DNA from: Podarcis gaigeae
Lineage: Eukaryota
DNA length: 64,000 nt
Reading direction: 5' to 3' (one strand)
Assembly: GCA_964106915.2 (NCBI GenBank)
Contig: OZ066922.1
Shown here: positions 36,904 to 50,224 of the stretch, piece after piece
How the letters are laid out: the number at the start of each line of letters is the position of its first letter
How positions within the stretch are numbered: position 1 is the stretch's first letter
Notes under the pieces: generated by a model
Seen by the model: the letters and a program-made list of their open reading frames with translations, nothing else
Databases searched by the model: none
Told to the model about the DNA's origin: nothing
Made by a program: the position numbers and the translations under genes

Positions 36904-39900
36904 CTCTGGGGAAGATCTCCTTAAGGGCTTTGCTGAGGTTGCTCAAGTCTCTCCACACACTTCTGAGGCCAGCTGAGAGGTGCTGGGACACTGTTCCGGA
37001 GAGTTCTGGCTGAAAAACTGCCCTGGGTATAGGAACACAGAAGTGGCTGGCGAGAGCCATGTGGTTGAGTTGGAACAACCAGCTTAAACCTTTTCACACG
37101 CTGAGTACCATATGTACAGGGTTCTCACTTGCACAGGGAGCCTCCACATATATAAAAAGGTATATGCTGCATAGGTTTATTATCATGCAAGGGGCCATGA
37201 AAATTCATGCAACCTTGAGGTAGGGATAAATACAGAGCCCCATTGATACCTTGTTGGCTCTTCATTCCAGCAGTACCAGCAGAGGGCTTATCCACATGCA
37301 ATGAAGTTGATGAACTGGTTCCAAAGTTGTCAAACCTTCTTTGACTAATGCAAGCCCAATGCCTCCTGGGACATGCAGAACTAGTTTCACGGTTCATTAT
37401 TAAACTATTTTGTCAATATATTATTAAATCCATAGCCAACTTTTCCTCCAAGGCAGCGTGCATGGTTCAATTTAATCCTCACAACTCTGTGAAGATGAGA
37501 GTTGGTTTCATGGTCAAGTGATGATTTGAACCTGGATTTCTCTAATCCTAGTCTGACACTATAAATATGACACCCTACTATAGTTTTGCTCGGTGTAGGT
37601 ATGGTTGTAGAATATATTTGCAGCCCAATCATGTCTACTGTATATTTACTCAGATGTTCCATTGATTTCAATAGGATGTAATTCTACAGCAGTGTGCATT
37701 AAACTGCAGGCTTGAAATGAAACCAGTTCAGCTATGGTGATAGACCAAAACCTCTCTGGGCTTGGCAACTACACAGTCAAACAAATAAAAAACCTCTTAC
37801 ATCTAAAACGGAATGTAGATTTCATTGGCTACACTGTTGTTAAGGGAGGGATTGGGCCGAAGGAAACGTGAATCAAAAGTTCTTTCAAGACCTGTAATGC
37901 TGTAACACGTGAAAGATTTATGGATCTAAAATATTTGCCTGACTAAGTAATCTTGAACTTCAGAATTGCACTGCAGAGATCAGTTTAATGATGGTGTTTT
38001 CTGGCAGCAAGTGCAGCTCCTTAGGAGTGTTCTTTAGCTGACAGCAGCACCGCAGGCAAACACAGCTTGCACAACTGCATATTCATACCAAACTGGAGCG
38101 ATGCAATTGGACAAAAGTCATGCTCTCGGTTTTTACAGTTGCACAAGGAACAATTTAAAACAGACAAAAAAAAGTTTGGCCTTGGAAGCAAGAGCTCGTC
38201 CCCATGTGCTGTAGCAACAGAAGGAAATGAGCTGGAGGTTTCAAGAGTCAGCACTGATGATGCAAAGGAGCTGACAAGGGCATTTCATGTGAAGCTGCAA
38301 CTTTCACAGCTGCCCCCAACCTGAGAAAAGCCAGCCACTGTTCAGTTTTAAAAGCTGCTTTTCTCCTTTGGTGGTTTTTTTTTGGGGGGGGGGGGCTAAG
38401 CAGTTAAACATACCAGGGAAAACTGGCTCCCAGCACTGTTCTGAGGAACAGGAAGGAAAAGCTTTCTCTAAAGTGAATTCTTCAGCTCTTTGTAGGGCTG
38501 AAAAACAGCTAGCACTAGAGCACCATCTAGTTTCTAGCAAGAAATACTGGCTCTACACAAGCTGCATTCACTGCCATATTTGACTACAGAGATTGAATAG
38601 GGTTGTGTGAGCAGCAAGCAGATATTTTGGAGGCACCCCACTTTGTTTCAAAGCCTTTAACATTTGGATCTTAACTCGTAGTAAAGAACCCTGTGACTAC
38701 TGGAAACTTGGAGGGCTTTTGATCTAGGGGAAAATTTTAGAACCTGGCTACAAGCTATATATTTAAAACAAGCCTGACGCTTTGCATTAATGTGGTCACC
38801 TCAAAATCTATTTTCTTTCCAAAGGAACAGAGGCAAATGACCATGATATAATGGTTATCTGGTGTGTTCGGTTCCTGCTATACATTTATTGTCAATTTAT
38901 TGTAGATATAAACAAACAGATAAAAATAACAGTGATGATGATGATGAATACCATGTGACATTCATTTTTATACTATGCATCAGAGTTTGTTCCTTGAATA
39001 ACTGACTTGCTGCAGTATTGTAAGTGCTCAGCCCCTTTCAGGATCTGGCCTAATATTACATGATAAGTAATAATCCCTGGACAGGTCAGTGACTTTGTTC
39101 ACCAACTGAACTACAAAGACAATCCAGGACTATTTATAAAAGTAACTGATAACAGAGAGACACTACCAGTGTCAAAAGCAGCTGTAAAATAGAGGGCTAA
39201 ACAAAGCCCAGTTAATAGAACAATTCAACTGTTAAATAGAATTCCAGTGATACTGCACAAAAAGAAAGCACCCCATTAAATTACCGTTATTTAGATGCAC
39301 CAATTAAGAGGTTGCAGTCATTTTTTAAAATGTGCTAGCCCTCATTTGTCACAATCAATGGGCCATATCCAATGTTGCAGCTCTGATGGTCAAACAGATA
39401 CACACAATGGATCTTCCTCCTTCTTTCCTGTCCTGTCTGGTCTGCTGCACACCCTCAAAATCAGCTCCTGGACTCTGAGGAATCATCTGGAGCAGATTTT
39501 GGGGAGTGTGCAGGAGGAAAGGAAACAGAATCCCATTGTGCCAGCAGTTCTAAGCTATTCAGTTCTAAAAAATAGGAAATTAAATGTAAGAAAACAATTG
39601 TTTCCTGTCACATACATGACTCTTCCTGACTCCCTTATTTATTTACCTGGACATTTTAGTGATGGTTTCCTCTTAAATCTATCTCAAGCAGGGGTGGTGA
39701 ACCTGTGATCCTCAACATATTGTTGACCTCCAACATCAGCTTCATGAACGGGGGTGGGGGTGGATGTTTTGTTTGGTCTAACAACATCTGGAGAACCAAG
39801 GGTTCATTGTCCCTAATCTTAAGGCATTTGATCTTTTCATTCTGATTTTCATCCTGTGGCTAAGTGAGCCTATTTTAGGTGCAGTTTTGGTTGCAGCAGC

Positions 39901-40471
39901 TTCCATGTGTGTGAGAACTGGATCTCTCCCCCCCCCCCCTTTACCCATCTAATTTAACACAAACTCTTGGCCTGAAGTACATTTCAGTTGAATTGTAGGA
40001 GATATTGGCTGAACTGTTTAACTTGGCATCCATCTCAAGGCAAAGTGGAACATTCTGCTTGATCACTTCCCTAAAGCAATACTCCAAATTTAGACTGGAA
40101 TGTTTTTCATTGCTTTTGCTGAACGTTTTTTTTTTAATTCAAACTCTGTAGAATTTTAAAAATACGTTTTTTTCCTTTTTGAAAAACAAACACCCTGTCT
40201 TTGAAACACCATCTTTAGTTGGTTTTGATGCACATAAATATACCCGCCTCCAAATATTAAAACATCTCAAAAGGAAGAGGTCAGTTCTCAAATTCACCAT
40301 CCCAAGCTATTCATACACTTCATGCTAAATATGTCAAAAAGATGAATGGCTTGGCCCAACATACCCCCTTGCCCTAGACCACTCCCAGGAAGAAAGTTGG
40401 CATGTGCTGGGGAAATAATTCAAGCTGAAGGATTATCGGGGGTGCGGTGCATTAAATTCTAAGGACTAGAA

Positions 40472-40604
40472 CAGGCTTCCTCAAACTCGGCCCTCCAGAT
40501 GTTTTGAGACTACAATTCCCATCATCCCTGACCACTGGACCTGCTAACTAGGGATCATGGGAGTTGTAGGCCAAAAACTAGAGGGCCGAGGTTGAGGAAG
40601 CATG
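40472..40604. mobile_element. Palindromic hAT-type MITE
   Basis: TIR CAGGCTTCCTCAAACTCGGCCCTC / GAGGGCCGAGGTTGAGGAAGCATG; TSD GACTAGAA / GACTAAAA. Decayed relatives near 885-995, 2375-2485, 39688-39815, 47835-47970 and 54525-54608. Confidence 0.8.
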
Positions 40605-41730
40605 GACTAAAAGCTTGATGTTGATGCAGACAGGAAGAACAAGTACAGAAAATCTAGCAGGGTGAGTTCCTCATTGTATTGGGATATGTGCATTTTTTCT
40701 TTTCTTTTTACCGTAAGTTTGTGGTTGAGAGAGCATGGTAAACTTAAGTAGAGCTTTGCATATGGAGCCATTCACACTAGTAGTTTTCAACCTTGAACTG
40801 CCATTATGTGGTTGTGTTTTCCCCTAGATCAGGTTAATGCCTTTCTTACCTACAATAAAACAAGTAAGACTATCCTGGTTATTTTGTTATTTTGTTTTGA
40901 AAAACAAGGCCAACTATAAAACACAGGAAGCAAGTTTTCAAATTATACAGAACTCTTCCTCAGGCGTAGGTGTCAAGTGCCAAAAGAAAAGAGCAACAAG
41001 TTTGATTTTAGAACAAGATGTTCCCTTGTAAATTAGATGTTCACTTTTAGCGAGAAATGTTCAATCCTAGGTTTGTTGACCAGTTCTGAGCAAAAATGAA
41101 CATTTGTGGACCTTATGTTGATTTAAACGCAGAAGAGAGGTGTGCCAAGGCATTAAAATGGTACCGTTTCAGCTGTAGAAGATTTAATGAACTGCGGAGC
41201 CTTTATTAAAAACACACACACCTTAGTATTCATTAAGAGTCAAGAGGAGTTAATGGAGGTTCAAAGTAAACAAAAATATTATTCTTTCTGTCCAATGCTA
41301 TTCTTTAGCACTGGTGAATACAGGGCAAGTTTTATCAAACATTTTCACACTGAAGGTACTGAATGAGACAGAGAAGTTAGGGGAAGCAACTAAGAAGAAC
41401 ATATGTGAGAGGCAACAGTGGATTAAGGTGAAAACACACCAAAATATGGGCGTTGTCGTTGTTTCTTAAAAGCACTCGTAGCAGCTTGGATGTATCTGAT
41501 CCAGATTAAACCTTTTGATTTTGCGCCTTAGTGTATCAGCTTGGCTTTTTGGTGGGTGGAGGGTGGTATCCTGGTGCTTTGATTGCCAGCTCCCATGGCT
41601 AATTATTTATATATTTATTTTAAAGCTTTGCTGCTTTTCTACCAGAAATGAACTCACCATTAAGAGGATCTGAAAGCTAAGATTCAATGAACAGAAAAAA
41701 GGGACTCCATTCTTATTTGAAATTTCTGTA

Positions 41731-41948
41731 CAGTGGCACCATGGGTTACAGACACTTCAGGTTACAGACTCCACTAACCCAGAAATAGTACCTCGGGTTA
41801 AGAACTTTGCTTCAGGATGAGAACAGAAATTGTGAGGCAGCAACAACGGGAGGCCCCATTAGCTAAAGTGGTACCTCGGGTTAAGAACAGTTTCAGGTTA
41901 AGAAAGAACCACCAGAACAAATTAAGTTCTTAACCCGAGGTACCACTA
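41731..41948. mobile_element. Tc1/mariner MITE (reverse orientation)
   Basis: TA-CAGTGGCACC...GAGGTACCACTA-TA; interior is the reverse complement of the 23624 copy. Confidence 0.85.
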
Positions 41949-42360
41949 TACTAGGAAGAATATTCCAGTTAGCTGCTTGCCCCAACGTAAGCAACATTCA
42001 CTCTTCATGAGCAATTCAGCACACAAGTGCATGCTGGTAGGGTTTGCAAAAAATAATAGATTTGGATTTGATCAGTAGGGCTTCACTACAAAGGTTATAG
42101 AGAGATTCATGGAATGCTTCAGGAGAGCTGTACAGGCTAGCCCCACCCTCTGATGTGACCAGTGGCCATCCATGCATGGGAAGGGGGCGCTACATAAATA
42201 CTGAAGTATGTATAGAACTGCATGGGGAAAGGGGCTGCTGCTTGCCTTGTGCACATTTCATTGCACACGGGGGGGGGGGGGCAAAGTCTACCTTACATGG
42301 GTGCCTTTTCAGGAGGCACAAGGAGCTACAGTGGAAATGGGAGGGTTGAAAAACTCATTA

Positions 42361-42576
42361 AAGGTAATTGGACCCCTGACCATTAGGTCCAGTCGTTGCC
42401 GACTCTGGGGTTGTGGCACTCTTCTCGCTTTATTGGCCGGGTCATGTGGCCAGCATGACTAAGCCGCTTCTGGCGAACCAGAGCAGCGCACGGAAACTTC
42501 ATTTACCTTCCCACCGGAGCAGTACCTATTTATCTACTTGCACTTTGACGTGCTTTCAAACTGCTAGGTTGGCAGG
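42361..42576 (-). mobile_element. 5'-truncated Sauria SINE
   Basis: 3' half only, with an internal deletion; imperfect TSD AAAACTC(A/C)TTA. Confidence 0.85.
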
Positions 42577-43423
42577 AAAAACTCCTTAGGATCCCATTAT
42601 ATTCAAATATTGAGAGGCTAAATATGGTAGCTCTTCCCCAAGCCCTTAAAACAAGTAGCCACACACACAGGAAAGCTACTTTCTTCTTCTTAATTCAATT
42701 TATATACTGCCCTTTATCCACTAAAAATATAATTTGTATAATAAAAAAAAATTAAAAGTAAAAATTAAATTATAAATCAATTACAGAAAAAATCCTAAGC
42801 CCCCCCCATTTTTTTGCCAACTGACAAAACTAGTGCAATAATTTCAAATCACTTCTACATGTAGAGATAAACCGCTGCACAGCCCTTTTATTAATTTGCA
42901 TACGGTGGTTTCGTTTGTACTCAAATGCTGCAACGACATCGCATTCTCTCCCTCTGTATTCTGGGGACTGATTACAGAAAAGTGGAGACTAATGCATAAG
43001 GAAGCAAATGTACACTTTACAGAATCAGGTGGACATGCTATGAGTTTAGGACACTGGACTTCTGCTGGTGGGTCCCCAAAGCTGGCTTGAGCCTAAGTAG
43101 GTTGCAAAAGGAGACCAATTAGGATTCAGATGGGTCAAAGTGGGCAGTGTGGGGGCAGCAGGAGAGGCACCAAGCAGAGGGCATCTTTAGGACAAAAACT
43201 TGCAAGTGGCCCCATATTATGCACTGGGGTCAATAGTAATCTCAGGGTTAATGCTTGCATCTCAGAACACAGTTGCTACATCCATCTAAGGACGTTGTAG
43301 AATTGGACTGTGGCAAATGACAAGCTTAAAAGTGCTTTCCTTTTAAAAAGTAGTGCCTGTTTCCATACAACAGCTCCTGCAACATAATATTGATGCTGGC
43401 TCAACACCATTTAAATTAAAGAC

Positions 43424-43744
43424 CACGGGTAGGCAAACTAAGGCTCGCGGACCGGATGTGGACCAATCGCCTTCTAAATCCAGCCCACGGTCGGTCCGGG
43501 AATCAGCATGTTTTTACATGAGTAGAATGTGTCCTTGTATTTTAAATACATCTCTGGCTTATTTGTGGGGCCTGCCTGGTGTTTTTACACTAGTAGAATG
43601 TGCGCTTTTATTTAAAATGCATCTCTGGGTTATTTGTGGGGCATAGGAATTTGTTCATTCACACCCCCCCCATATAGTCTGGCCCCCCACAAGGTCTGAG
43701 GGACAGTGGACTGGCCGCCTGCTGAAAAAGTTTACTGACTCCTG
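43424..43744. mobile_element. hAT (Charlie-like) MITE
   Basis: CACGGGTAGGCAAACT...AGTTTACTGACTCCTG; 8-bp TSD TTAAAGAC / TTCAAGAC. Confidence 0.78.
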
Positions 43745-44919
43745 TTCAAGACTACTGCAAGTTTAAAATGTTATTTTCTGGTACCTGCAGTTAGTTTTGT
43801 GACCTCTTTTTTAACGTGATGTCAGCTTAAGAGCTGCAAGAAACTTTTAAGGATGCTATTCTTTTTGCCAGTGGTGTTTTTGTATTTTCAGGATATAGAT
43901 TTCTGGCCATGGAAAATGCATATAATACAAGCGCCAGCAGAGGAAAAGACTCCAAGGGAAGAACACTGAAACCTCTTTCATGATGCCAATACCGTCAGCT
44001 GACCACAGAATCTGCCAAAAGGTAGAAACAGAACATAAATCGGCATGCATTCCATGACCAGCTCCATATGGCAGAAGTTAATCCTCACTTACTTGGCACC
44101 TAAAAAAATTCACCTGCATTTTTAGCCTTTTATTCAGGTTCTAAAAGTCTATTATCTAACTTGAACAACAGCGAGATTGAGAGCTTTCCAAGGGCACCCC
44201 GTTAGCCATTGTGGGAAAGGGGATGCTAAAAGTAGATAGATCTTTGTTCTAATCCAGCAGCTCCTTATTCATTTATTTCCCACTGCTTATTCTCTATGGT
44301 GAATACAACTGGAGAATGCAGACTTGCAAAGAAAGGGTCAGGGCTCCTAAGCCTATAGGCTGCATCTTTTCAGATGGCAAACCACAAGACACAAGAGTTC
44401 TCACCAGTCCAGCCTAACCAAAAGCTCTCCTCTCTTGCTTATCTTTCTTGGCTGCAGCAACACATGTACTACTAATGCACCAATCCTCTTTTAAGCAGAA
44501 CAATATTTTGGCTTAGATCCTAGGGTCTTAATTTAACCTCATAGATGAAATATTTCCTGTTCCTTCTTCCCTCCTGCAGCCACTGTGCTTCCTTCCCAAG
44601 CATCTCTCTGGAGGATTGAGGGGCCTCTTCTGAATGTGGGTTGGGGGCACAGGGAAATGCTGAAGATGGGGGGGGTGGGGTGGGGAAGAGAATTATTCTG
44701 TAAACTTCATTTAGTTTAGATCAAGCCCAGATTTGGAGTATCCCTGCCCTTCCCAGCAGCCCCATCACATTGTTCTGAAGTCCTTCACCCCCAAACCCTC
44801 CAGAAAGGTTTATGGGTCACAGATGACTGCAGAACAGGAAGTGTTTCCTCTATGAACTTCCGTAAGTTTACTTAACTTAGGATCGAAGCCTTTAATTATT
44901 AAAGCAAGGAAAAGCACAA

Positions 44920-46476
44920 GACATGTCAGTAAACAATTCAACATGCTTGTTTTGTATTTTTACAAATAAGCATGTTTAGAATCAGACTACTGTATTTACT
45001 TTTAAAATTTCTCTTACCAAGGTGCTCTAAACATTTCCTTTGAACTAATCCTGTACGATTATATAAATAAGATTTGTAAAGAGTACTCCATGCAAAGCTC
45101 ATTGGATAGTTCTGATGGAGCACAGAGTGAAGGCATAAGGAAAATCTAGGGGGAGGTGGTGGTCTTAGCCAAACATTTAAAACTTTGTTTTATATCCATT
45201 ATGTTGGCTTTTCGAAAAGAGGGATGAATAAGAGGTTTCCTGTTGTTGTTTAGTCGTGTCCGACTCTTCGTGACCCCATGGACCAGAGCACACCAGGCAC
45301 TCCTGTCTTCCACTGCCTTCCGCAGTTTGGTCACTCATGTTTGTAACTTCGACAACACTGTCCAACCATCTCGTCCTCTGTCGTCCCCTTCTTCTTGTGC
45401 CCTCAATCTTTCCCAACATCTTGTGCCCTCAATCTTTCTTGTGCCCTCAATCTTCCCCAACAAAGAGGTTTCCTGCCACACCCCAAATATGTAAAGTTCA
45501 AAAGCATGAAAATGTCAGTTGCCAAAAATGTTTCATCTCAGCAATATGGATAAAGTTTCATTACCATCTTTTTTTGTATCCCACAAAAGCAGTGATGTCA
45601 ATATATACAGAATAAAATGGAAGTCCATTTTGAACTGAAAATCACGAGCAACAAATGTATTTTTAGAACCATCAGACTTTACTTCTGGTGAAGCTAACAC
45701 TTTCCAAAAACGTATTAAGTTCATATTAAACAAGAAATTAACATCTCATGTTCTACACTCTTCTGCAGCCTCAAAAGGTTTTGTACTTTGTTAAAGTACA
45801 AGGCACGTACAAAGTCTTTTCCTTCAAAACACAGATGTACTCCCTGAAATAATTTTAAAATCCTCAAAGCAATTAAAAATACTACAAACTTTGCATTTTT
45901 TTTACTTAATTCCCACCCCCTACAAGACCATGCACATTTGGAAAAATGATTTAACAAGCACATTAAAGTGACTTTTTAATATATGTACCTGTAATGCAAA
46001 TATATTGAGTTTGAGTATTTCTTATCCTGGATTACATTGTTAGCACATTGGATTTTCATTTATTTTCAGGTTACCAACTCCAGAGCCTTTGAGGATTTAT
46101 AGATTTATGGACAAATTAACCCCACCGCAAACACTGCTGGGGTTGAGTAACCATCGCTTTTTCAAAGAATAATTATTCTTTCATCAAGGGATTTGGGATT
46201 ACATATTGCAAGTGCTTTTTACTAGTTCATCTAGTGTCATAAAAATCTTCTAACTCCTCTTTTGGAAGAATATCTTTCCATAAAAACAAGTGAATTTAAG
46301 AGGTAGATTTCTCCATGATGCACTTATTTATTTCAAATAAAAAAAGAGAGTTCTCTTTAGAACAAAGATCACATCTTGAAAAAAAAGCTTAGTACATTAT
46401 TTAATACAGTTCAGTAAGAACAGTCCTAAGCAGTATCAGGAGCTGTTTGGAAACCAATGCATTTGATGCTTTCTTC
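44920..46476 (-). other. USP38: Probable USP38 3' UTR (3' end uncertain)
   Basis: AU-rich sequence after the stop. Minus-strand AATAAA at 46327-46332 and 46059-46064; Pumilio-type UGUAUAUA at 45602-45609; AATACA plus GU-rich tract near 44955; another AATAAA at 44129-44134. Confidence 0.55.
45243..45462 (-). mobile_element. Short 5'-truncated Bov-B with a reiterated 5' junction
   Basis: Bov-B 3' end (MLGKIEGTRRRGRQRTRWLD; VHGVTKSRTRL); 13-bp TSD AAGAGGTTTCCTG at 45230-45242 and 45463-45475. Confidence 0.93.
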
Positions 46477-46638
46477 CTAGAACACTAATCTGCCAAGAGT
46501 GCTAAACCCGCCTCCACCACCTCCGCCAGTTGGCCCACAGCTTCCTGGGGGGTCATTGTCATCAAATCCATTTGGCCGAAAGGAGCACGAAGCTGCAGCT
46601 GCTTGAAGGGCCTGTGTTCGAGCGCTAAGCTCCTGCTC
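46477..46638 (-). CDS. USP38: USP38 coding exon 10 (stop codon)
   Basis: EQELSARTQALQAAAASCSFRPNGFDDNDPPGSCGPTGGGGGGGFSTLGRLVF*; tttcag| acceptor. Exon lengths sum to 3153 nt = 1050 aa + stop. Confidence 0.96.
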   Translation of the reverse strand, partial: EQELSARTQALQAAAASCSFRPNGFDDNDPPGSCGPTGGGGGGGFSTLGRLVF

Positions 46639-48876
46639 CTGAAACAGACAAATAAACCTAGTTATGAACATTTAAGTTAATTTCAGAGTAAGGGGGGGCG
46701 CACGGAAATTTACATTAGGCACAGCTACACCAGTTTTGTTCAGCAGTGCTGCAGAATGCTCAAGCAGAAACTCAAAAGCAGAAGCAAGTAACAGAAGCAG
46801 AGATTATAATCATCATCAATTAATTAAATTTATATACTGCCCTTCATCCAAAGATCATGTGGTAGTTTACCATGTAAATAATTTAAGATTGTCCGTAACT
46901 TAAATGCTTTAAGTGGCAGGCATCATTAAAGGAATGAAAGCTAAATCAATTGTTACTTTTGCTTCCCCAAAATTACTTTTAAAGACACACACACACACAC
47001 ACCTGGAGGGCTGCTACTCGGTATATACAAAAGCTGCTTCTTGTGAAACAGCCTGAGGACACCCAAAGCTATTTCAATCACATATTCAAACACTGCCTGA
47101 CAAATTTAAGTGCTACAAACTTTTAAAATGAACCCAAACCTATCATTCTTACAATCCTAGCAAGATCACGAAAGCTGTAGAATGACTTCAAAAGATACAG
47201 GTTGTATACTTTCAGTTCTCTTGCACATACTGGCCTGGTGATTAAAGCCTCAATACAATTCCCAGGTGAAGATATTGCAATGACTGTTTCATGGTGTACA
47301 CCAATGGTGTTCATTAAGCTACTAGGGGTTATTAAGTTCATCAAGTACAAGTGTTACAGGAATTCTGTCTTTAGTAAGCGTACTTGAGCAATGTTGAGTT
47401 TTGATGTTGCTTGAGGGAAAAACGAGCAGCTGAACCCAAACCTGCATTTACACCATAGGTTTCATCATAAAATCTGATAAGGCTGAAGCCAACTCCTTAT
47501 CAGTGTAAACTTGCTCTTGCAACCATGTTTAGCCAAGAAAAAGTTGAAGGCATGCTAATATTAGACCTAGCATTTATCCCAAAAGGTTTTAGAAAGTTGC
47601 GGTGTGTGTCACAAAATAGCCAATCGTTTAAGGAATACATTTTAAAAGGAATAAATTCCCTTCAAATACCCTCGAGAGTTCAAAAATCTCCCTATTAAGC
47701 TCCACTATAAAATGTTACCTGTGCAAAATAAACAACATGTTTATGCAAATCAACTGAGTAATTCTACAGTTATGAAATTAAATGAGTTAACTAAGCTGCA
47801 TCTACATATCATAAACTATTTAATGCTGATACATCAAGGGTGGGGAGAATATGGCTCTTCAGATGTTGCTGGACTCTTAACTCCTATCCACCCCAGCCAC
47901 CATGGTCAATAGTCAGGGTAAGGGAAGCTGCAGTACACCAGCACCTAAGGCCACAGATTCCCCATCCCTACGATACAGACTTCAGAAAGTTTAACAAAAA
48001 TTATAGCTGTAACTTGTAAAGGATGAAGTGGTGCAGACTCTTTCCATGAAACACATTTGTTTGTTCCTTTCCTTTGTGCTTGTTTAGAAAATATTAAACC
48101 ACATTTATTTTTGCATCACAACTGAGGTTACTTTGCATTGTTAAGATAGTCATACAGCAAATTGAATTGGCAGATATTCCAGCTTTTCTCAACTAAATAA
48201 AAATCAAGTTGCATTCTACAAAAATAATGTTTGGAAGCTTTTAAACACCTCCTTACTTAATGAACAAAGATTCATCCATGAATTTTCAGTGAAAGCCATT
48301 CCCCCCCCCCAATTCTTCACAGAAAACATCTGGTACTGCAACTACGTTGTTCTGTACAACGTATCATCAGAGCTACGTCTGCAAAATATTCACACTCAAT
48401 GTCACATAGCATTCTTGTGGAAAATATAACAATAGGCTACACAACTGAAAGATCTACTAGGTAAAGGCTCAGTTCAGACATCACACTCAAACATGGCTAA
48501 GGAACCATAATAATGTTGGGTGAGATGTCTCAACTACTGAAGCCAGCTTACAAACTTGACAAGCCAAAAAACAATCTGAAGTGAGTTGCCAAACCATTGT
48601 GTGAAGAGATGTCAGCACTGTGCTCTTACCTCCAGAAGTGCTGCCCCATGTAGATGGAAGGGATCCAGCAGCTTGAAACCATGCAAAGTCTCTTGCATTT
48701 GTCTGCAAGCGACAGCCTTGGACTTATTGCATTAAGCTTTTACAGTACAATCATATACATGTCCACTAAGAAGCAGTATGTCCCACTGAGTTCAATGGTG
48801 CTTATTACAATGTTAAGTGGGTATAGGATTACAGTCTTAAGACAGCTGATCGCATTAACAATGTCTGCAACCTTAC

Positions 48877-50224
48877 CTGCAAATATAGCTTATTGTCTTT
48901 TGTAATGGCATCCATAAGATCTTTCTGCAGAGGGGGATCTCCATTGACCCAGAGCCCATTGGTTGACTTAGCGCTAGGTGTACTTGTACTGTTCTGTTTT
49001 TTGTAAACCAGCACATAAGCAGTGTCCTTGGGGAATCTGCTCGTAATTTTCTGGACTGACTGAAATGAGGTAAATGTCACTCGGCTATCATTAAATAAAA
49101 ACCACTCCTTTGACACCTCATTTTCATCCAGTTCCTTTTCAGCAGCTGCAACGGGAGCCTCTCCAGCCATCAAGTTGCTTTGTGGATAAGCTAAAGCCAG
49201 ACTTTGGGTTTGATCACAAGATCCTAATGAAGGCCCTGAACTGGCAACGTTTCGGGCATAAGAATAATAATGCCCACTTTCAGATGATATGCCAGAATGC
49301 ACAACTACAGAACTTATAACATAAGGGACTAGTTGAGGGCAACACACTTCTGCAGCACCAGAAGGCTTGAGTTTTTTAGCTAGATTCTCACCAGTGTCAG
49401 AAAATTCAACACCCATAGACCACACGCCCGATACAGGACTTAAGGGTGACGCAGTTCTTTTGACAGGTAACTCCAGAACAAGCGGCAAAGACACATTGTC
49501 TAAGATTTTGCGCCTAATGTGACATTTGGGGTCGTAGGAAAACCTTAGGAGAGTAAGAATGAGGTATTCTGGCTCCTCCACAATTTGCATAGTTTTTTCC
49601 GCATTCTGTAGAGAGGCACATTTTTCACAATAATATTTGTTATCCCCTTTAAGAACCTCGGGTGCCAGAAAATAATTCAGCAAGTCAGTAACTGAGGGAG
49701 TAGCTTCACTGACGTGTTTCCGCAAACTATCCCTGTTCTCAGCCTTGCATGGAAAAGGATCTTTAGTGTTTTCAGAGTTTGAATCAGTGGGAGGGTCTTT
49801 TGAGGTCCCATCATTTGTGACCATTTCACAGCAATCGCCAATTGCTAAACCATCAGCTGCTGTTTCTGCCACAGGACTGAATGCCCTAGTACTGACTTGT
49901 TCCATGCAGTCATCTTTTCCTTCAGGTGAATTTTCTGTACTTGGTGGGTCAACGTTTTCTAAGAATACAGGAGGACAGAAAGCAAGTGAAAGATCTGTGA
50001 AGGCTTCTTCTTTGTAAGAAGTACTTTTGCAGTTCAAACAACATATGCTTGTTTGCAGTTTCCCCCGAAACATTTTCTCTATTAATGTTCTTTCCTCTCT
50101 GCAAGGTTGTTTGGTAATCAGCTGCGTTTTGCTGGACACTTCCTGGACGACAGACTCTTCATTCATATCTTCCGAAAGCTTTCCCAAAGAAAGGGCTTTC
50201 AGGGTCCTCTCTTCTTCATGCAGC
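48877..50224 (-). CDS. USP38: USP38 coding exon 9 (His and Asp boxes, CxxC fingers)
   Basis: LHEEE...CLNC...YYCEKC...VVVHSGISSESGHYYSY...WFLFNDSRV...DNKLYLQ; ctttag| ... CAG|GTAAGG; 1348 nt. Confidence 0.97.

Noticed and set aside
48829-50187. 452-aa ORF as a stand-alone or retrocopied gene
   Set aside because: It is USP38 exon 9 read past its donor site; splice sites and phases fit the 10-exon model.
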